Assembly (NCBI GenBank): GCA_031413115.1
Contig: JANOEH010000089.1
Span: forward strand, 1 to 58,765
From: Candidatus Eiseniibacteriota bacterium
GTDB taxonomy: Bacteria > Eisenbacteria > RBG-16-71-46 > DASYSL01
DNA length: 58,765 nucleotides
Reading direction: 5' to 3'
Shown here in pieces: positions 9,791-19,720 of this stretch. The stretch's first letter is position 1. Every line of letters starts with the position of its first letter. The position numbers and the translations under genes are program-made. The notes below the pieces were generated by a model. The model did not search any database. It was not told the origin of the DNA and was given only the letters and a program-made list of their open reading frames with translations.

Positions 9791-10594
9791 ATGAATCCGT
9801 CTTCTCGCCTCCGGGCAGCCCTGGCCCTTCTCCTCCTGGGGACGATCCTGCTCGCCGGCTGCACCGCCTCCAACGAGGAGACCGAGTACCTGCTCAGGAA
9901 GGCGATCCTCGAGCGACAGAACCAGGGCCTGCGCGAGCTGATCGTCGAGGCCGAGCAAGGCACCCTGATCCCCCGCGAGCGCTTCCTCGTCGGCATCGAC
10001 GAGAAGGTCATCGGCGATGCGCTGCGATTCCAGCTCCCGCTGGAGCGCCCGCTGGGGAAGAAGTTCGTGGTGCACCTCGACAGCGCGACGGTGCTGCTGC
10101 GCGACAAGTTCGGCTACATCACGCTCGACGGCGAGATCCACCGGCCGCAGACACCGGAGCGGAAGACCGCACTCCGGGTCCATGGCGGCCTCGGCGGGAT
10201 CACAGTCGACTCGACGACCCACCGTCTGAGCGTGAGCATCTCCGTCGATCGCATCGAGCTGCGCAACGTGGCGCTGCTCGACCGGGTGCTCGGCGTCGGG
10301 GGGAAGAAGTTCCTCTCGGACCGGGGCCGCGAGATGCTGCAGGACCAGCTACCCACGCTCAAGGTCCCCGTGGCGCTGGCGCAGGACATCCGCGTGCCCG
10401 CGATCCAGGAAGGCTCGGTCGCACTCGACTCCCTCGTCGTGCCGCTCGATCTGTCGGTGGAACGGGTTCTCGCGGCGGGCGGGAAGCTGTGGGTGACGCT
10501 TCACGCCGAGGTCGGGCAGGTGCGGGGCGCCGAGAAGGGCATCGGCGTCTCGGTCAACAGGAAGAAGCGCAAGCCGTCCGCAGGGGGTCGCTGA
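9791..10594 (+). CDS. Hypothetical lipoprotein (coiled coil + beta-rich domain)
   Basis: Lipobox LLAG-C; start may be 9782 or 9791; basic C-terminal tail. Confidence 0.8.
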   Translation: MNPSSRLRAALALLLLGTILLAGCTASNEETEYLLRKAILERQNQGLRELIVEAEQGTLIPRERFLVGIDEKVIGDALRFQLPLERPLGKKFVVHLDSATVLLRDKFGYITLDGEIHRPQTPERKTALRVHGGLGGITVDSTTHRLSVSISVDRIELRNVALLDRVLGVGGKKFLSDRGREMLQDQLPTLKVPVALAQDIRVPAIQEGSVALDSLVVPLDLSVERVLAAGGKLWVTLHAEVGQVRGAEKGIGVSVNRKKRKPSAGGR

Positions 10595-11565
10595 TGAGGA
10601 CCGAACGCTTGTGCCTCGTCGTGCTGCTGCTCGCGGCTCTCGTCGGCGGCGCCGGCTGCGCTCGCCGGAGCTCCCCGCAGGAAGTCGCGGCGTGGAAGGC
10701 CGAGATCACGGCGCTCGAGGCGCACCAGGACTCGATGCGGACGTATGCAGCCACCCTGATCTACAAGGACCCGCGCCTGCAGAAACTGCCCGATGGTGAC
10801 GTCGTGATCAGCGTTCCGACGTCGTTCCTGCGCAACGTGATCGAGCGCGTCTTCGCCGACGTCGCCGACAACGCGACCCTGAGCCTGGGAGGCATCAAGG
10901 CCCGCGTCGCCAAGAAGGTGAAGAAGATCATCACCATCGGCGAGTTCGTGGTCGACGTCGACATCGAGGAGGTCGTGGCCAGGCTCGAGCCGGGCCAGCC
11001 AAAGATCGACTTCGGCGACAACGTCGTCGCCATGTCCCTCCCGGTGAAAGTGAGCAAGGGCAACGGCCGGGCCACCGTCCACTTCGTGTGGAACGGCAAG
11101 AACGTCGCCGACCTCGCGTGCGGCGACATGGACATCACTCGTCGCCTGACGGCCGACGTGATCCCGAAGACCTACGCCGTCCGCGGTCGCCTCAAGGTGT
11201 CGATCGACGGCGGCCAGATCGTCTGCAAGCCGGTGTTCCCCGAGACGCGGGTGCGCGTCCACGTCCGGCCATCGAAGGCCTCGTGGGCCGCCATCGACAG
11301 CATCCTCGCCGAGAAGCACGGCGTGTGCGGTTTCGTGCTCGACAAGGTGAACGTCCCCGGGCTGTTGGAGAGCATCGTCCAGGAGAAGGGGTTCAACATC
11401 AAGCTCCCGGTAAACAAGATCCGGCCCTTCATCATTCCGGGCGGCGTCAGCGACAGCCTGACCGTCGACGGCCGCGTGGTCGCGGTGCAGACGCAGCTCA
11501 ACTCGATCAACCTCGATCGCGACGCGATCTGGTATAGCGCCAGCGTGACGATGACGTCGCGGTAG
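10594..11565 (+). CDS. Hypothetical lipoprotein, translationally coupled to the upstream gene
   Basis: TGATG overlap at 10592-10596; hydrophobic N-terminus with GAG-C lipobox; long beta-rich body. Confidence 0.8.
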   Translation: MRTERLCLVVLLLAALVGGAGCARRSSPQEVAAWKAEITALEAHQDSMRTYAATLIYKDPRLQKLPDGDVVISVPTSFLRNVIERVFADVADNATLSLGGIKARVAKKVKKIITIGEFVVDVDIEEVVARLEPGQPKIDFGDNVVAMSLPVKVSKGNGRATVHFVWNGKNVADLACGDMDITRRLTADVIPKTYAVRGRLKVSIDGGQIVCKPVFPETRVRVHVRPSKASWAAIDSILAEKHGVCGFVLDKVNVPGLLESIVQEKGFNIKLPVNKIRPFIIPGGVSDSLTVDGRVVAVQTQLNSINLDRDAIWYSASVTMTSR

Positions 11566-11585
11566 CCCCGGCGAACGCCGACCGC

Positions 11586-11864
11586 TCATCCCGGCAGGAC
11601 CCGCGCCGCCGCCTCGGCGGAAGACAGCACCGGGTGCACCTCGAACTCGACCAGGTCCCGCCAGTTCGCCATCCATTGCTCGAGCAGATCCGGGTCGTCG
11701 GCCTCCATCACCTGCCAGCAACGCGCGAGTGACCCCTCGACCCAGCTCGACACGTAGACGAGCCCGGCGGGCGCCAGGCGCCCCTGTGCGCGGAAGCGCT
11801 CGTAGACGGGCTTCGGATCCCCACCACGAAAGTGTTCGATTACCATGTACGTATAACGGGCCAT
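11586..11864 (-). CDS. DUF3303-like small protein
   Basis: YMVIEHF...VYERF..GRLAP.GL.YVSSWV...CWQVME...W.DLVEFEVHPV; GGAGG SD. Confidence 0.8.
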   Translation of the reverse strand: MARYTYMVIEHFRGGDPKPVYERFRAQGRLAPAGLVYVSSWVEGSLARCWQVMEADDPDLLEQWMANWRDLVEFEVHPVLSSAEAAARVLPG

Positions 11865-11882
11865 GGGGCCTCCGCGAAGACA

Positions 11883-11911
11883 ACGCCCCGGGGGCGAACC
11901 CACCGGGGCGT
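11883..11911 (-). terminator. Hairpin downstream of the sulfatase genes
   Basis: Minus strand ACGCCCCGGTGGG-TTCG-CCCCCGGGGCGT then TGTCTT. Confidence 0.6.
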
Positions 11912-11935
11912 CGTGCTGCCACTTTCCGAATCGTG

Positions 11936-14266
11936 CTAGTCCGCGGCGAAGGCAGCCGCGGCCAACGTCTCGAGGTCGAGGTACTGCGCTTTCTCGTGCG
12001 TGACCGCAACTCCGAGGATCGTTCCGCCCCGGAACGGCGAGGACCCCTTGTATTCCTCGCTGACCGCATCCTCGCTGTCGTATCCGACACAGAGTCCGTC
12101 GCCGCCCAGCGTGAACTTACCCACCTGGGCGCGCATCGGCCCTTCCGCGACGACCTTGTCGTTCACGTAGAGCTTCGTCGTGCCCGTGGACTCCTTGTTC
12201 GGGCCGGCTCCCTCCCGGATGAACTCCATGCCGAGCGTGTACTTGCCGGGCTTGAGCTCGGGTGAGACGAACTTCTGCTCCGGCTTGATGCCGAGGAAGT
12301 TGTAGACGTAGAAGAGCTTCTTGTCCTTGAGGAAGAGCGAGTGGCCGCCGAAGCGTGAACCGGCGGCAAAGATCACGCCCGAGCAGTCCGGATCGGCGAT
12401 CTCGACGTCGGCCAGGATCTTGTACGAACGCCCACGCACGTTGACGGCGACGCTCTCCGGGACCGGAGAGGTGTCCGGAAAGTAGACGTACCGTTCGCGA
12501 GGTGCTTCTTCCTGGGGACGCTCGATGGACACCAGTTCGAGTGCGGTCCGATCGTCGAGCGGCAGCACGTTGTTCTTGTCCGCCTCCTCGAACCATGCCT
12601 TGATGAGTGCCTGGAGCTTCTCGGGATGTTCCTTGGCCAGGTTCTTCGACTCGGCCCGGTCCACATCCACGTGGTAAAGCTCCCACTCGTCCTTGTCGAA
12701 GTGGCCCTTGCCGGAAATCGGGGCGTGGAGGGCCACCGCCTTCCAGCCGTCCTCCCAGATCGCGCGGGTGCCGAGCATGGCAAAGTACTGGCGCTTCTTC
12801 GTGGTCGGCGCATCCGGTTTCGCGTCGAAGCTGTAGCGCATCGAGACACCGGAAAGCGGAACCTGCTCCTCGCCCTTGTAGACCTTGGGCATCTCCAGGC
12901 CACAGGCTTCCAGGATCGTCGGGACGACGTCGGTGGAGTGGTGGTACTGGTTGCGCACCTCGCCGCGCGCCTTCATGCCCCTGGGCCACGAGATCACCAT
13001 CGGGTCGCAGGTGCCGCCCGCGTATTCCGAGTACCGCTTGAACATCTGGAACGGAGCCGAGGTGGCCGTGGCCCATCCGGTCGGATAGTGCTCATAGGTC
13101 TCGGGCCCGCCGAGGACGTCGATGAGCTTCATGTTCTCGGCAAGTTCGTCCGGGTAGCCGTTGAAGAACTTGTTCTCGTTGACCGAGCCATTGGGGGTGC
13201 CTTCCCCGGATGCCCCGTTGTCGGCGGCATAGAGGACAAGCGTGTTGTCGAGCTGGCCGGTTTTCTCGAGGTGGTCGATGATGCGGCCCACTTGCGCGTC
13301 GGTGTACTCCGAGAAGCCGGCGTACACCTCCATCAGGCGCGAGAACAGCTTCTTCTCCTCGGCGTTGAGCGTGGCCCACGGGCGAACGTGGTCTGCGGGG
13401 TTCGCGACACTGTCCGGCAGCGGATTGAGCGGGGTGAGCTGCGTCCCCTTCGGCAGGAGGCCCTTCTCGATCATGCGGGGCAGGACCCACTCGCGGTAGG
13501 CCTCGTAGCCGTCGTCGAACTTGCCCTTGTACTTGTCGATGTAGTCCTTCGGAGCGTGGTGCGGGGCATGGTTGGCGCCGGGGCAGAACCACATGTAGAA
13601 GGGCTTCGAGGGATTGCTCGCCTTCTGGTTGCGGATCATCTTGATGGCCTGATCCGCCAGGTCCTTCGAAAGGTGGTAGCCCTCTTCCGGCGTGTACGGC
13701 TGTTCGACGGCGTGGTTGTCTTCGACCAGCGCGGGATACCACTGGTTGGTCTCGCCACCGATGAACCCGTAGAAGCGGTCGAAGCCCTTCTGCAGCGGCC
13801 ACTGCTTGCGGCTCGCGCCCTCGGCGGAATCGGTCTCGGGGACGTTGTGATTCTTGCCCAGCCAGAACGTGCTCCAGCCGGCGTCCTGAAGAAGCTGCCC
13901 GACCGTCGCGCAGGTGTCGGGGATGCGGGCGTGCGCACCGGGAAATCCGTTCGCACCTTCGGTGATGCACGCATTGCCGGTTAGGTGGTGATTGCGGCCG
14001 GTGAGCAGAGTGGACCGGGTCGGCGAGCAGAGCGCCGTCGTGTGCCACTGCGAGTACATCAGGCCCTGGTCCGCCAGCTTCTGCAGCGTCGGCATGTTGA
14101 TCCGGCCGCCGAACGGCGACCAGGCGGCCAGCCCGGTGTCGTCGTACAGCACGAAGAGGATGTTCGGAGAATCCTTGGGCGCGGACGGCGGGGTGAACGG
14201 ACCCCAATCGGGAACGGAATCACGGACGTCGAGCTTGATGACGCCCTTGAACGGCTGCTTGGCCAT
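11936..14266 (-). CDS. Arylsulfatase (Cys-type, formylglycine-dependent)
   Basis: PNILFVLYDD, CSPTRSTLLTGR, GKNH, DNG motifs; no signal peptide; C-terminal beta domain. Confidence 0.95.
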   Translation of the reverse strand: MAKQPFKGVIKLDVRDSVPDWGPFTPPSAPKDSPNILFVLYDDTGLAAWSPFGGRINMPTLQKLADQGLMYSQWHTTALCSPTRSTLLTGRNHHLTGNACITEGANGFPGAHARIPDTCATVGQLLQDAGWSTFWLGKNHNVPETDSAEGASRKQWPLQKGFDRFYGFIGGETNQWYPALVEDNHAVEQPYTPEEGYHLSKDLADQAIKMIRNQKASNPSKPFYMWFCPGANHAPHHAPKDYIDKYKGKFDDGYEAYREWVLPRMIEKGLLPKGTQLTPLNPLPDSVANPADHVRPWATLNAEEKKLFSRLMEVYAGFSEYTDAQVGRIIDHLEKTGQLDNTLVLYAADNGASGEGTPNGSVNENKFFNGYPDELAENMKLIDVLGGPETYEHYPTGWATATSAPFQMFKRYSEYAGGTCDPMVISWPRGMKARGEVRNQYHHSTDVVPTILEACGLEMPKVYKGEEQVPLSGVSMRYSFDAKPDAPTTKKRQYFAMLGTRAIWEDGWKAVALHAPISGKGHFDKDEWELYHVDVDRAESKNLAKEHPEKLQALIKAWFEEADKNNVLPLDDRTALELVSIERPQEEAPRERYVYFPDTSPVPESVAVNVRGRSYKILADVEIADPDCSGVIFAAGSRFGGHSLFLKDKKLFYVYNFLGIKPEQKFVSPELKPGKYTLGMEFIREGAGPNKESTGTTKLYVNDKVVAEGPMRAQVGKFTLGGDGLCVGYDSEDAVSEEYKGSSPFRGGTILGVAVTHEKAQYLDLETLAAAAFAAD

Positions 14267-14419
14267 GGGATTGCCCCTCGTTCTACAGCGTGGAAGCGAT
14301 GACCGATCCCCTGGTGCGGAGTTCCGGTCCGTGGAGTTGTGATCGAACGCTTGCTGGAAGAATATGGATGACGCTGCAACGACCGGCAACCCTCTCGAGC
14401 TGCCGGCCCTGGATTACGC

Positions 14420-16792
14420 TTACTGCATCCCCATGGCGACCTGCAGGCGCTGCTCCGGGGTGATGAGGTGGTCCAGATCCTCGGCGTCCTTGTCGATGTC
14501 GATCTCGACCCAGTTGACGTCCCCGCTGAACTTCTTCTCGGCCGGGTAGTCCGGCGTCACCGGCGATCCGTACTCGTTCCCGACATCGAGCGTCTCGTCG
14601 GCGGAGAAGACCATCGGCTCGGTCTGCTCCACGCGGCCCTCGCCGGCCATCTTGCCGTCGATGTACAGCGTCACCGTGCCGCCCTTTCCGATGCCGCCAC
14701 CGTCGTACTTGAACTCCATGCGAACCTGATGCGTTCCAGCCGGGACCTTCGCCGTGCCCTCGATCGTGTAGCGGTTCAGGCCGTAGAAGTTGTAGCAGTA
14801 CACCAGCATGCCGCTCTTCGTGTAGAGGCTCCAGCCGCCGATGCTGCCGCCCACCACGACGATCACTCCCTCGGCGCCGGATTCGGGGACGACCACCTCG
14901 GCGGTCACGGCGTGCGACTTGTTCTTGTAGTTGACGATCGAGTTCTCGGTCAGCCGTCCCATGCCGCCGAACAGCAACTGCCGATTGCCCTTGGTCAGTT
15001 GGGGGCGACCGGCGAGGTCTGGGTTGGCACGCTCGGTGAAGCGGTCGTCGAGCGGCAGCACGTTGTACTTGACCGCTTCAATCAACCACAGTCGCTGCAG
15101 CTCACGCAGCTTCTGCGGGTTCGCCTTCGCCAGGTCCTTCGCCTGGCTCCAGTCCGTCGTGGTGTCGTACAGCTCCCACACATCCTCGTCGAAGGGGATT
15201 TGCTTGGCGACGCCAGGGTCCCACGGGGTGCGATGCTTGGTCACCGCCGTCCAGCCCTTGTGGTAGATGCCGCGGTTGCCCGACATCTCGAAGTACTGGG
15301 TCTCGTGGCGCTCGCCCGCCTTGGCATCGTCGAACGAGTACGCCATGCTGACGCCCTCGATCGGCTTCTGCTGGATCCCATTGACGAACACGGGCTCGGG
15401 CAGGCCCGCAACCTCGAGGATCGTCGGCGCGACGTCGATCACGTGGTGAAACTGGTTACGGATCTCGCCCTTCGCCTTGATGCCCTTCGGCCAGTGGACG
15501 ATCGTCCCGTTGCGCGTGCCCCCGAAGTGCGAAGCCACCTGCTTGGTCCACTGGTAGGGCGTGTTCAGGGCGTGCGCCCAGCCCACCGCATAGTGGTTGT
15601 AGGCTTCCACCCCGCCGAACTTGTCGAGATGGGCGTTGAGGAACTCCGGTGTCTCGAGGTGACCGTAGCCGGTGATGGTGACCATCTCGTTGTACGTGCC
15701 CTGGAGCGAGCCCTCGGCGGACGCGCCGTTGTCGCCGATGATCACGTAGACCAGCGTGTCGTCGAGGATCTTCAGGTCCGCCAGGGAGTCGATGAGCTTG
15801 CCGACGTAGTGGTCGGCGTAGCTCAGGTACCCCGCGTACACCTCCATCTGGCGGGCGAGGACCGCGCGCATCTCGGGTGCGGTCTCGTCCCATGCGGGGA
15901 TGCCGGCGGAACGCGTCGTCAGGTTGCTGTCCGCAGCGATCACACCGAGCTTCTTCTGTCGAGCGAAAGTCTCCTCACGCAGCTTGTCCCAGCCCTGGTC
16001 GAACTTGCCCTTGTACTTGTCCGCCCACTCCTTTGGCACGTGATGCGGCGCATGCGTCGCTCCCGGCGCGAAGTAGGAGAAGAACGGCTTGTCGGGCATG
16101 AGCGACTTCTGCTGGCGGATCCACTTGATGGCCTTGTCGGTCATGTCGGCCATGAAGTGGTAGCCCTCCTCGGGCGTCTTCCCGGGCTCGATCGGCGTGG
16201 TGCCTTCGTAGATGGCCGGATACCACTGGTTCGTCTCGCCGCCGATGAATCCGTAGAAGTACTCGAACCCGCCGCCGCCGGTCGGCCAGGCGTCGAACGG
16301 TCCCATCGGGCTCGTTTGCCAGACCGGGATCTCGTGACACTTGCCGAACTGCGATGTCGAATAGCCGTTGAGCTTGAGCGTTCGCGCGATCGGCGAAATC
16401 GTGTTCGGCATGAACGAGCACGATCCGGGCGCCGACGTGGCGAACTCGGTGATCGAGCCCATGCCGGCTGAGTGATGATTGCGGCCGGTGAGCAGCGCCT
16501 GTCGGGTGGGCGAGCACAGCGCCGTCGTGTGGAAGCGGGTGTACTTGAGCCCATTCGTCGCGAGCTTGTCGAAGTTTGGTGTGGCGCACGGACCGCCAAA
16601 GGCGCTGGTGGCGCCGTAACCGACGTCGTCAATCAGGATGACGAGGACATTGGGGGCGCCTGCGGGCGGCCGCAATTCGCGGATCGGCGGGTAGCTGGTG
16701 TCCGGATCCTTGGCGTCGTAGGTCGTCAGGCCCACGTGCGGCTGATCCGGAATCGGAAGGACCGTGCGTTGCACCTTGTCATGCGAACTCAT
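14420..16792 (-). CDS. Arylsulfatase (Cys-type, formylglycine-dependent), paralog
   Basis: PNVLVILIDD, CSPTRQALLTGR, GKCH, DNG motifs; GAGGA SD. Confidence 0.95.
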   Translation of the reverse strand: MSSHDKVQRTVLPIPDQPHVGLTTYDAKDPDTSYPPIRELRPPAGAPNVLVILIDDVGYGATSAFGGPCATPNFDKLATNGLKYTRFHTTALCSPTRQALLTGRNHHSAGMGSITEFATSAPGSCSFMPNTISPIARTLKLNGYSTSQFGKCHEIPVWQTSPMGPFDAWPTGGGGFEYFYGFIGGETNQWYPAIYEGTTPIEPGKTPEEGYHFMADMTDKAIKWIRQQKSLMPDKPFFSYFAPGATHAPHHVPKEWADKYKGKFDQGWDKLREETFARQKKLGVIAADSNLTTRSAGIPAWDETAPEMRAVLARQMEVYAGYLSYADHYVGKLIDSLADLKILDDTLVYVIIGDNGASAEGSLQGTYNEMVTITGYGHLETPEFLNAHLDKFGGVEAYNHYAVGWAHALNTPYQWTKQVASHFGGTRNGTIVHWPKGIKAKGEIRNQFHHVIDVAPTILEVAGLPEPVFVNGIQQKPIEGVSMAYSFDDAKAGERHETQYFEMSGNRGIYHKGWTAVTKHRTPWDPGVAKQIPFDEDVWELYDTTTDWSQAKDLAKANPQKLRELQRLWLIEAVKYNVLPLDDRFTERANPDLAGRPQLTKGNRQLLFGGMGRLTENSIVNYKNKSHAVTAEVVVPESGAEGVIVVVGGSIGGWSLYTKSGMLVYCYNFYGLNRYTIEGTAKVPAGTHQVRMEFKYDGGGIGKGGTVTLYIDGKMAGEGRVEQTEPMVFSADETLDVGNEYGSPVTPDYPAEKKFSGDVNWVEIDIDKDAEDLDHLITPEQRLQVAMGMQ

Positions 16793-16906
16793 GGGTGGTT
16801 GTCCTCGGTTTGGGTGATGAATCCATCGCCGGACCTGATGCACGCGGCGCGCCAAGACCAGCGGCAGGCGAGGTGCGCAAGGAGTCCTCCGGGCCGGGAA
16901 GCGACG

Positions 16907-17950
16907 TCAGGCGCCGGCGACGGGCGCGCGTACGATGCAGCGAAAACTCACGTGCGCCGCTGACGTGTCGACGGGCTCCGGGAAGCGGGCCGCCGGGCGA
17001 TAGCGCCGACAATAGTTGGGAGCGCACAGGTGTGAGCCGCCCTTGAGCACCTTGCGCGGGATCGGAATCTCCGGCTGCCGCGGATCGATGCTGTCCTCGG
17101 CCTTCGGCCCGCGCGGATTGCTCGGAATGCAGCAGGCCTTGGGTTCCTCGGCGGGATGCCCGGGGACATACCAGTCGGTCGACCACTCCCAGACGTTGCC
17201 GATGATGTCGTGCAGCCCGTAGCCGTTCGCCGGGAACGCGCCGACCGGCGACGTGCCCTCGAAGCCGTCCTCGAGCTGGTTGTCCCAGGGGAACTCGCCC
17301 TGCCACGTGTTCGCCATGTGCTTGCCGTCGAGCAGGAGGTCGTCGCCCCACGCGTAGGCCGCGCCGTCGAGCCCGCCGCGCGCGGCGAACTCCCACTCGG
17401 CCTCGGTCGGCAGCTCCTTGCCCTCCCACTTCGCGAACGCCTCGGCGTCGGCGAACGTGATGTGAACGACCGGATGCTGCGCGCGCCCCTCGAGCGAACT
17501 CCCCACACCCTGCGGATGCCGCCAGTCGGCGCCCCTCACGTACTGCCACCAGTTGCCGATATTGCGCCGATCGACGGGGCCTGACGGCTTCACGAACACG
17601 AGCGAGCCGGCGTAGAGCATCTCGGGCAGCGCGCCGGGGTAGTCCTCGGCCTTCGGCGGGATCTCGGCGAACGTGACGTGCCCGGTCGCCTCGACGAACT
17701 TCGCGAAGCGCTCGTTGGTGACCGGGTAGCGGTCCATCCAGAACGCGTCGACCGTGACGCGGTGCACGGGGCGTTCCTCGGCGTAGTGCTCGTCGGATCC
17801 CATGCGAAAGGTCCCGCCGGGGATCCACAGCAGGTTTGGCGTCGGTGCATCGCCGGGGACGGGGCGCGGGCCGACCACTCCCCCGTCCGGATCCGCCACC
17901 GTGAGCGAGATCCCCGGTTTCTTCGCGTCCGCCATGACCGCCTCCGTCAT
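16907..17950 (-). CDS. Formylglycine-generating enzyme (SUMF1/FGE, sulfatase maturase)
   Basis: FRMGS, LPTEAEWEFAARGG, GNVWEW and catalytic KGGSHLCAPNYCRRYRPAAR; start may be 17935. Confidence 0.95.
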   Translation of the reverse strand: MTEAVMADAKKPGISLTVADPDGGVVGPRPVPGDAPTPNLLWIPGGTFRMGSDEHYAEERPVHRVTVDAFWMDRYPVTNERFAKFVEATGHVTFAEIPPKAEDYPGALPEMLYAGSLVFVKPSGPVDRRNIGNWWQYVRGADWRHPQGVGSSLEGRAQHPVVHITFADAEAFAKWEGKELPTEAEWEFAARGGLDGAAYAWGDDLLLDGKHMANTWQGEFPWDNQLEDGFEGTSPVGAFPANGYGLHDIIGNVWEWSTDWYVPGHPAEEPKACCIPSNPRGPKAEDSIDPRQPEIPIPRKVLKGGSHLCAPNYCRRYRPAARFPEPVDTSAAHVSFRCIVRAPVAGA

Positions 17951-18203
17951 TGATTCGATGGGTCGAGAAACGCCTCCGCTCCACTCTAAATGCCTTCGCT
18001 TGATTCGGCAACGCCCCGGACCTCAAAGGCGTGTTCGACGGCGAACAAGGCGGCCCTGCGACGCATCAGCCCTCCGACGGGGCATCTGGCTTCGTCTCTG
18101 GCGGCGCAACCTCTCTCCTCGGGATCGCCTGATCCGATGCCTTGCCATTGGCTGCTGAATGTTGCCGAACCAGCCGAAGGCATCCCGGTGCCGCCACGCG
18201 CGA

Positions 18204-18253
18204 CCGAACAGCCCAATTGACTCGCACTGCTGTGAGTCAATTGGGCTGTTCGG
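18204..18253. repeat. 23-bp near-perfect inverted repeat (4-nt loop)
   Basis: CCGAACAGCCCAATTGACTCGCA-CTGC-TGTGAGTCAATTGGGCTGTTCGG, one G.T mismatch. Confidence 0.9.
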
Positions 18254-18377
18254 CAGTTCTCGACCGGCGTTTCCGCCGGCCGCAGGAGTTCCGTCTCCGA
18301 ATCACGCGAACTCATTTAGCGCAGAATGGAGCGGAGATCGAAGCCCGCACGATCCGCGAAATCGTGCGCTCGGAAGC

Positions 18378-19619
18378 TCAATTCAGCGTGTTCTTGACCA
18401 CCTCGCCGGCCCGCACGATCACGGCCAGCCTCCGTCCGTCGGCCGCCAGGAGCCCGATGTCTGCCAGCGGGTCGCCGTCAACGACCAACAGGTCCGCGTG
18501 CGCCCCGGGCGCGACGCAGCCGATCTGCCCCGTCATCTGCATCATCTCGGCATTGGTCGAGGTGCACTGGCGCAGGATCTCGACCGCCGAGAACACCTCG
18601 CTGCGCAGCGTGAACTCGGTGCACTCGCGCACGTACGTGACGCCCAGCAGGTCCGTGCCGAAGCCGACCTTCACGCCGGCCTGCCGCATGCGGTCCATCC
18701 CGGACAGCGCGCCCTCGTGGGCGACCTTCATCTTCTCCTGGCTCTCGGCCGGGAAGCCGAGCGACTTCCCCAGTTCGATGAGCGCGAAGATCGTCGCCAT
18801 GGTCGGCACGATGAACGCGCCCTTCGCGGCGACGAACCGCGCGGTCTCGTCGTCGATCAGCGTGCCGTGCTCGATCGAGCGCACGCCGAACTCGACGCAG
18901 CGGCGCACCGCGCTCGCGGGGTGACAGTGCGCGGTCACGTAGCTCCGGCGCTCGACCGTCTCCTGCACGATGGCGCGAATCTCGTCCTCGCGATACTGGT
19001 TCATCCAGATCGGATCGGTCGGCGAGGCGACCCCACCCGAGCCCATGATCTTGATGCAGTGCGCGCCCTGGCGCAGCTCCTCGCGCGCGCCGCGGATGCA
19101 CGCGTCGACGCCGTCGGCCATGCGGGCGAACGAGTTCACCTCGCCGCAGGCGCAGCCGCCGTCGTCGTGCGGCCGCTGCTCGGTCAGGCGCATGTCGCCG
19201 TGGCCGCCGGTCATCGAAAGGATCTTGCCCGAATAGAAGTAGCGCGGCGCGCGCACCAGCCCGTCGGCGATCGCGCGCGACAGCGAATGGTCGCCGCCGC
19301 CGACGTCGCGCACCGTGGTGAAGCCGCAATCCAGCGCGTGGCCGAGCATGCGCACGCCGTGCGCGGCGCGGTACGAGGCGCCGTGCCCTTCGATGCGTTG
19401 CACCGACACGTCGCTGGCGTAGGCGTGCACGTGCGCGTCGATCATGCCGGGCATGAGCGTGCGGCCGGCGACGTCGATCGTGCGGGCGCCGGCGGCGGCG
19501 ATGGGCGTGGTCGAGACCTCGGCGATCCTGCCCTCGACGACGAGCACGGACATGCCGGTGGGGCACTCGGCACTCACGCCGTCGAAGACGCGGGCGTTGA
19601 TGAAGAGCAGACGGTTCAA
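18378..19619 (-). CDS. Metal-dependent amidohydrolase (Xaa-Pro dipeptidase-like)
   Basis: MPGMIDAHVH, GFTTVRDVGG, TGGHGD, IKIMGSGGV, SIEHG, GTD; TTG start after GGAGGT. Confidence 0.92.
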   Translation of the reverse strand: MNRLLFINARVFDGVSAECPTGMSVLVVEGRIAEVSTTPIAAAGARTIDVAGRTLMPGMIDAHVHAYASDVSVQRIEGHGASYRAAHGVRMLGHALDCGFTTVRDVGGGDHSLSRAIADGLVRAPRYFYSGKILSMTGGHGDMRLTEQRPHDDGGCACGEVNSFARMADGVDACIRGAREELRQGAHCIKIMGSGGVASPTDPIWMNQYREDEIRAIVQETVERRSYVTAHCHPASAVRRCVEFGVRSIEHGTLIDDETARFVAAKGAFIVPTMATIFALIELGKSLGFPAESQEKMKVAHEGALSGMDRMRQAGVKVGFGTDLLGVTYVRECTEFTLRSEVFSAVEILRQCTSTNAEMMQMTGQIGCVAPGAHADLLVVDGDPLADIGLLAADGRRLAVIVRAGEVVKNTLN

Positions 19620-19663
19620 GGGACGACCTCCCGGGGATGGACTGTCCCGGGCAGGATACCAAA

Positions 19664-19697
19664 ACGCCCCGGCAGGATGCGCCCGCCGGGGCGTCGG
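19664..19697 (-). terminator. Intrinsic terminator of small gene 19721..19912
   Basis: Minus strand ACGCCCCGGCGGG-CGCAT-CCTGCCGGGGCGT followed by TTT. Confidence 0.65.
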
Positions 19698-19720
19698 TCC
19701 GAATCTCGACCGCATGGTCG

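Noticed and set aside
18204-18253. Integron attC site as a firm call
   Set aside because: It is only about 50 bp with no extrahelical bases, and there is no integrase or cassette array. Kept only as an unexplained inverted repeat.
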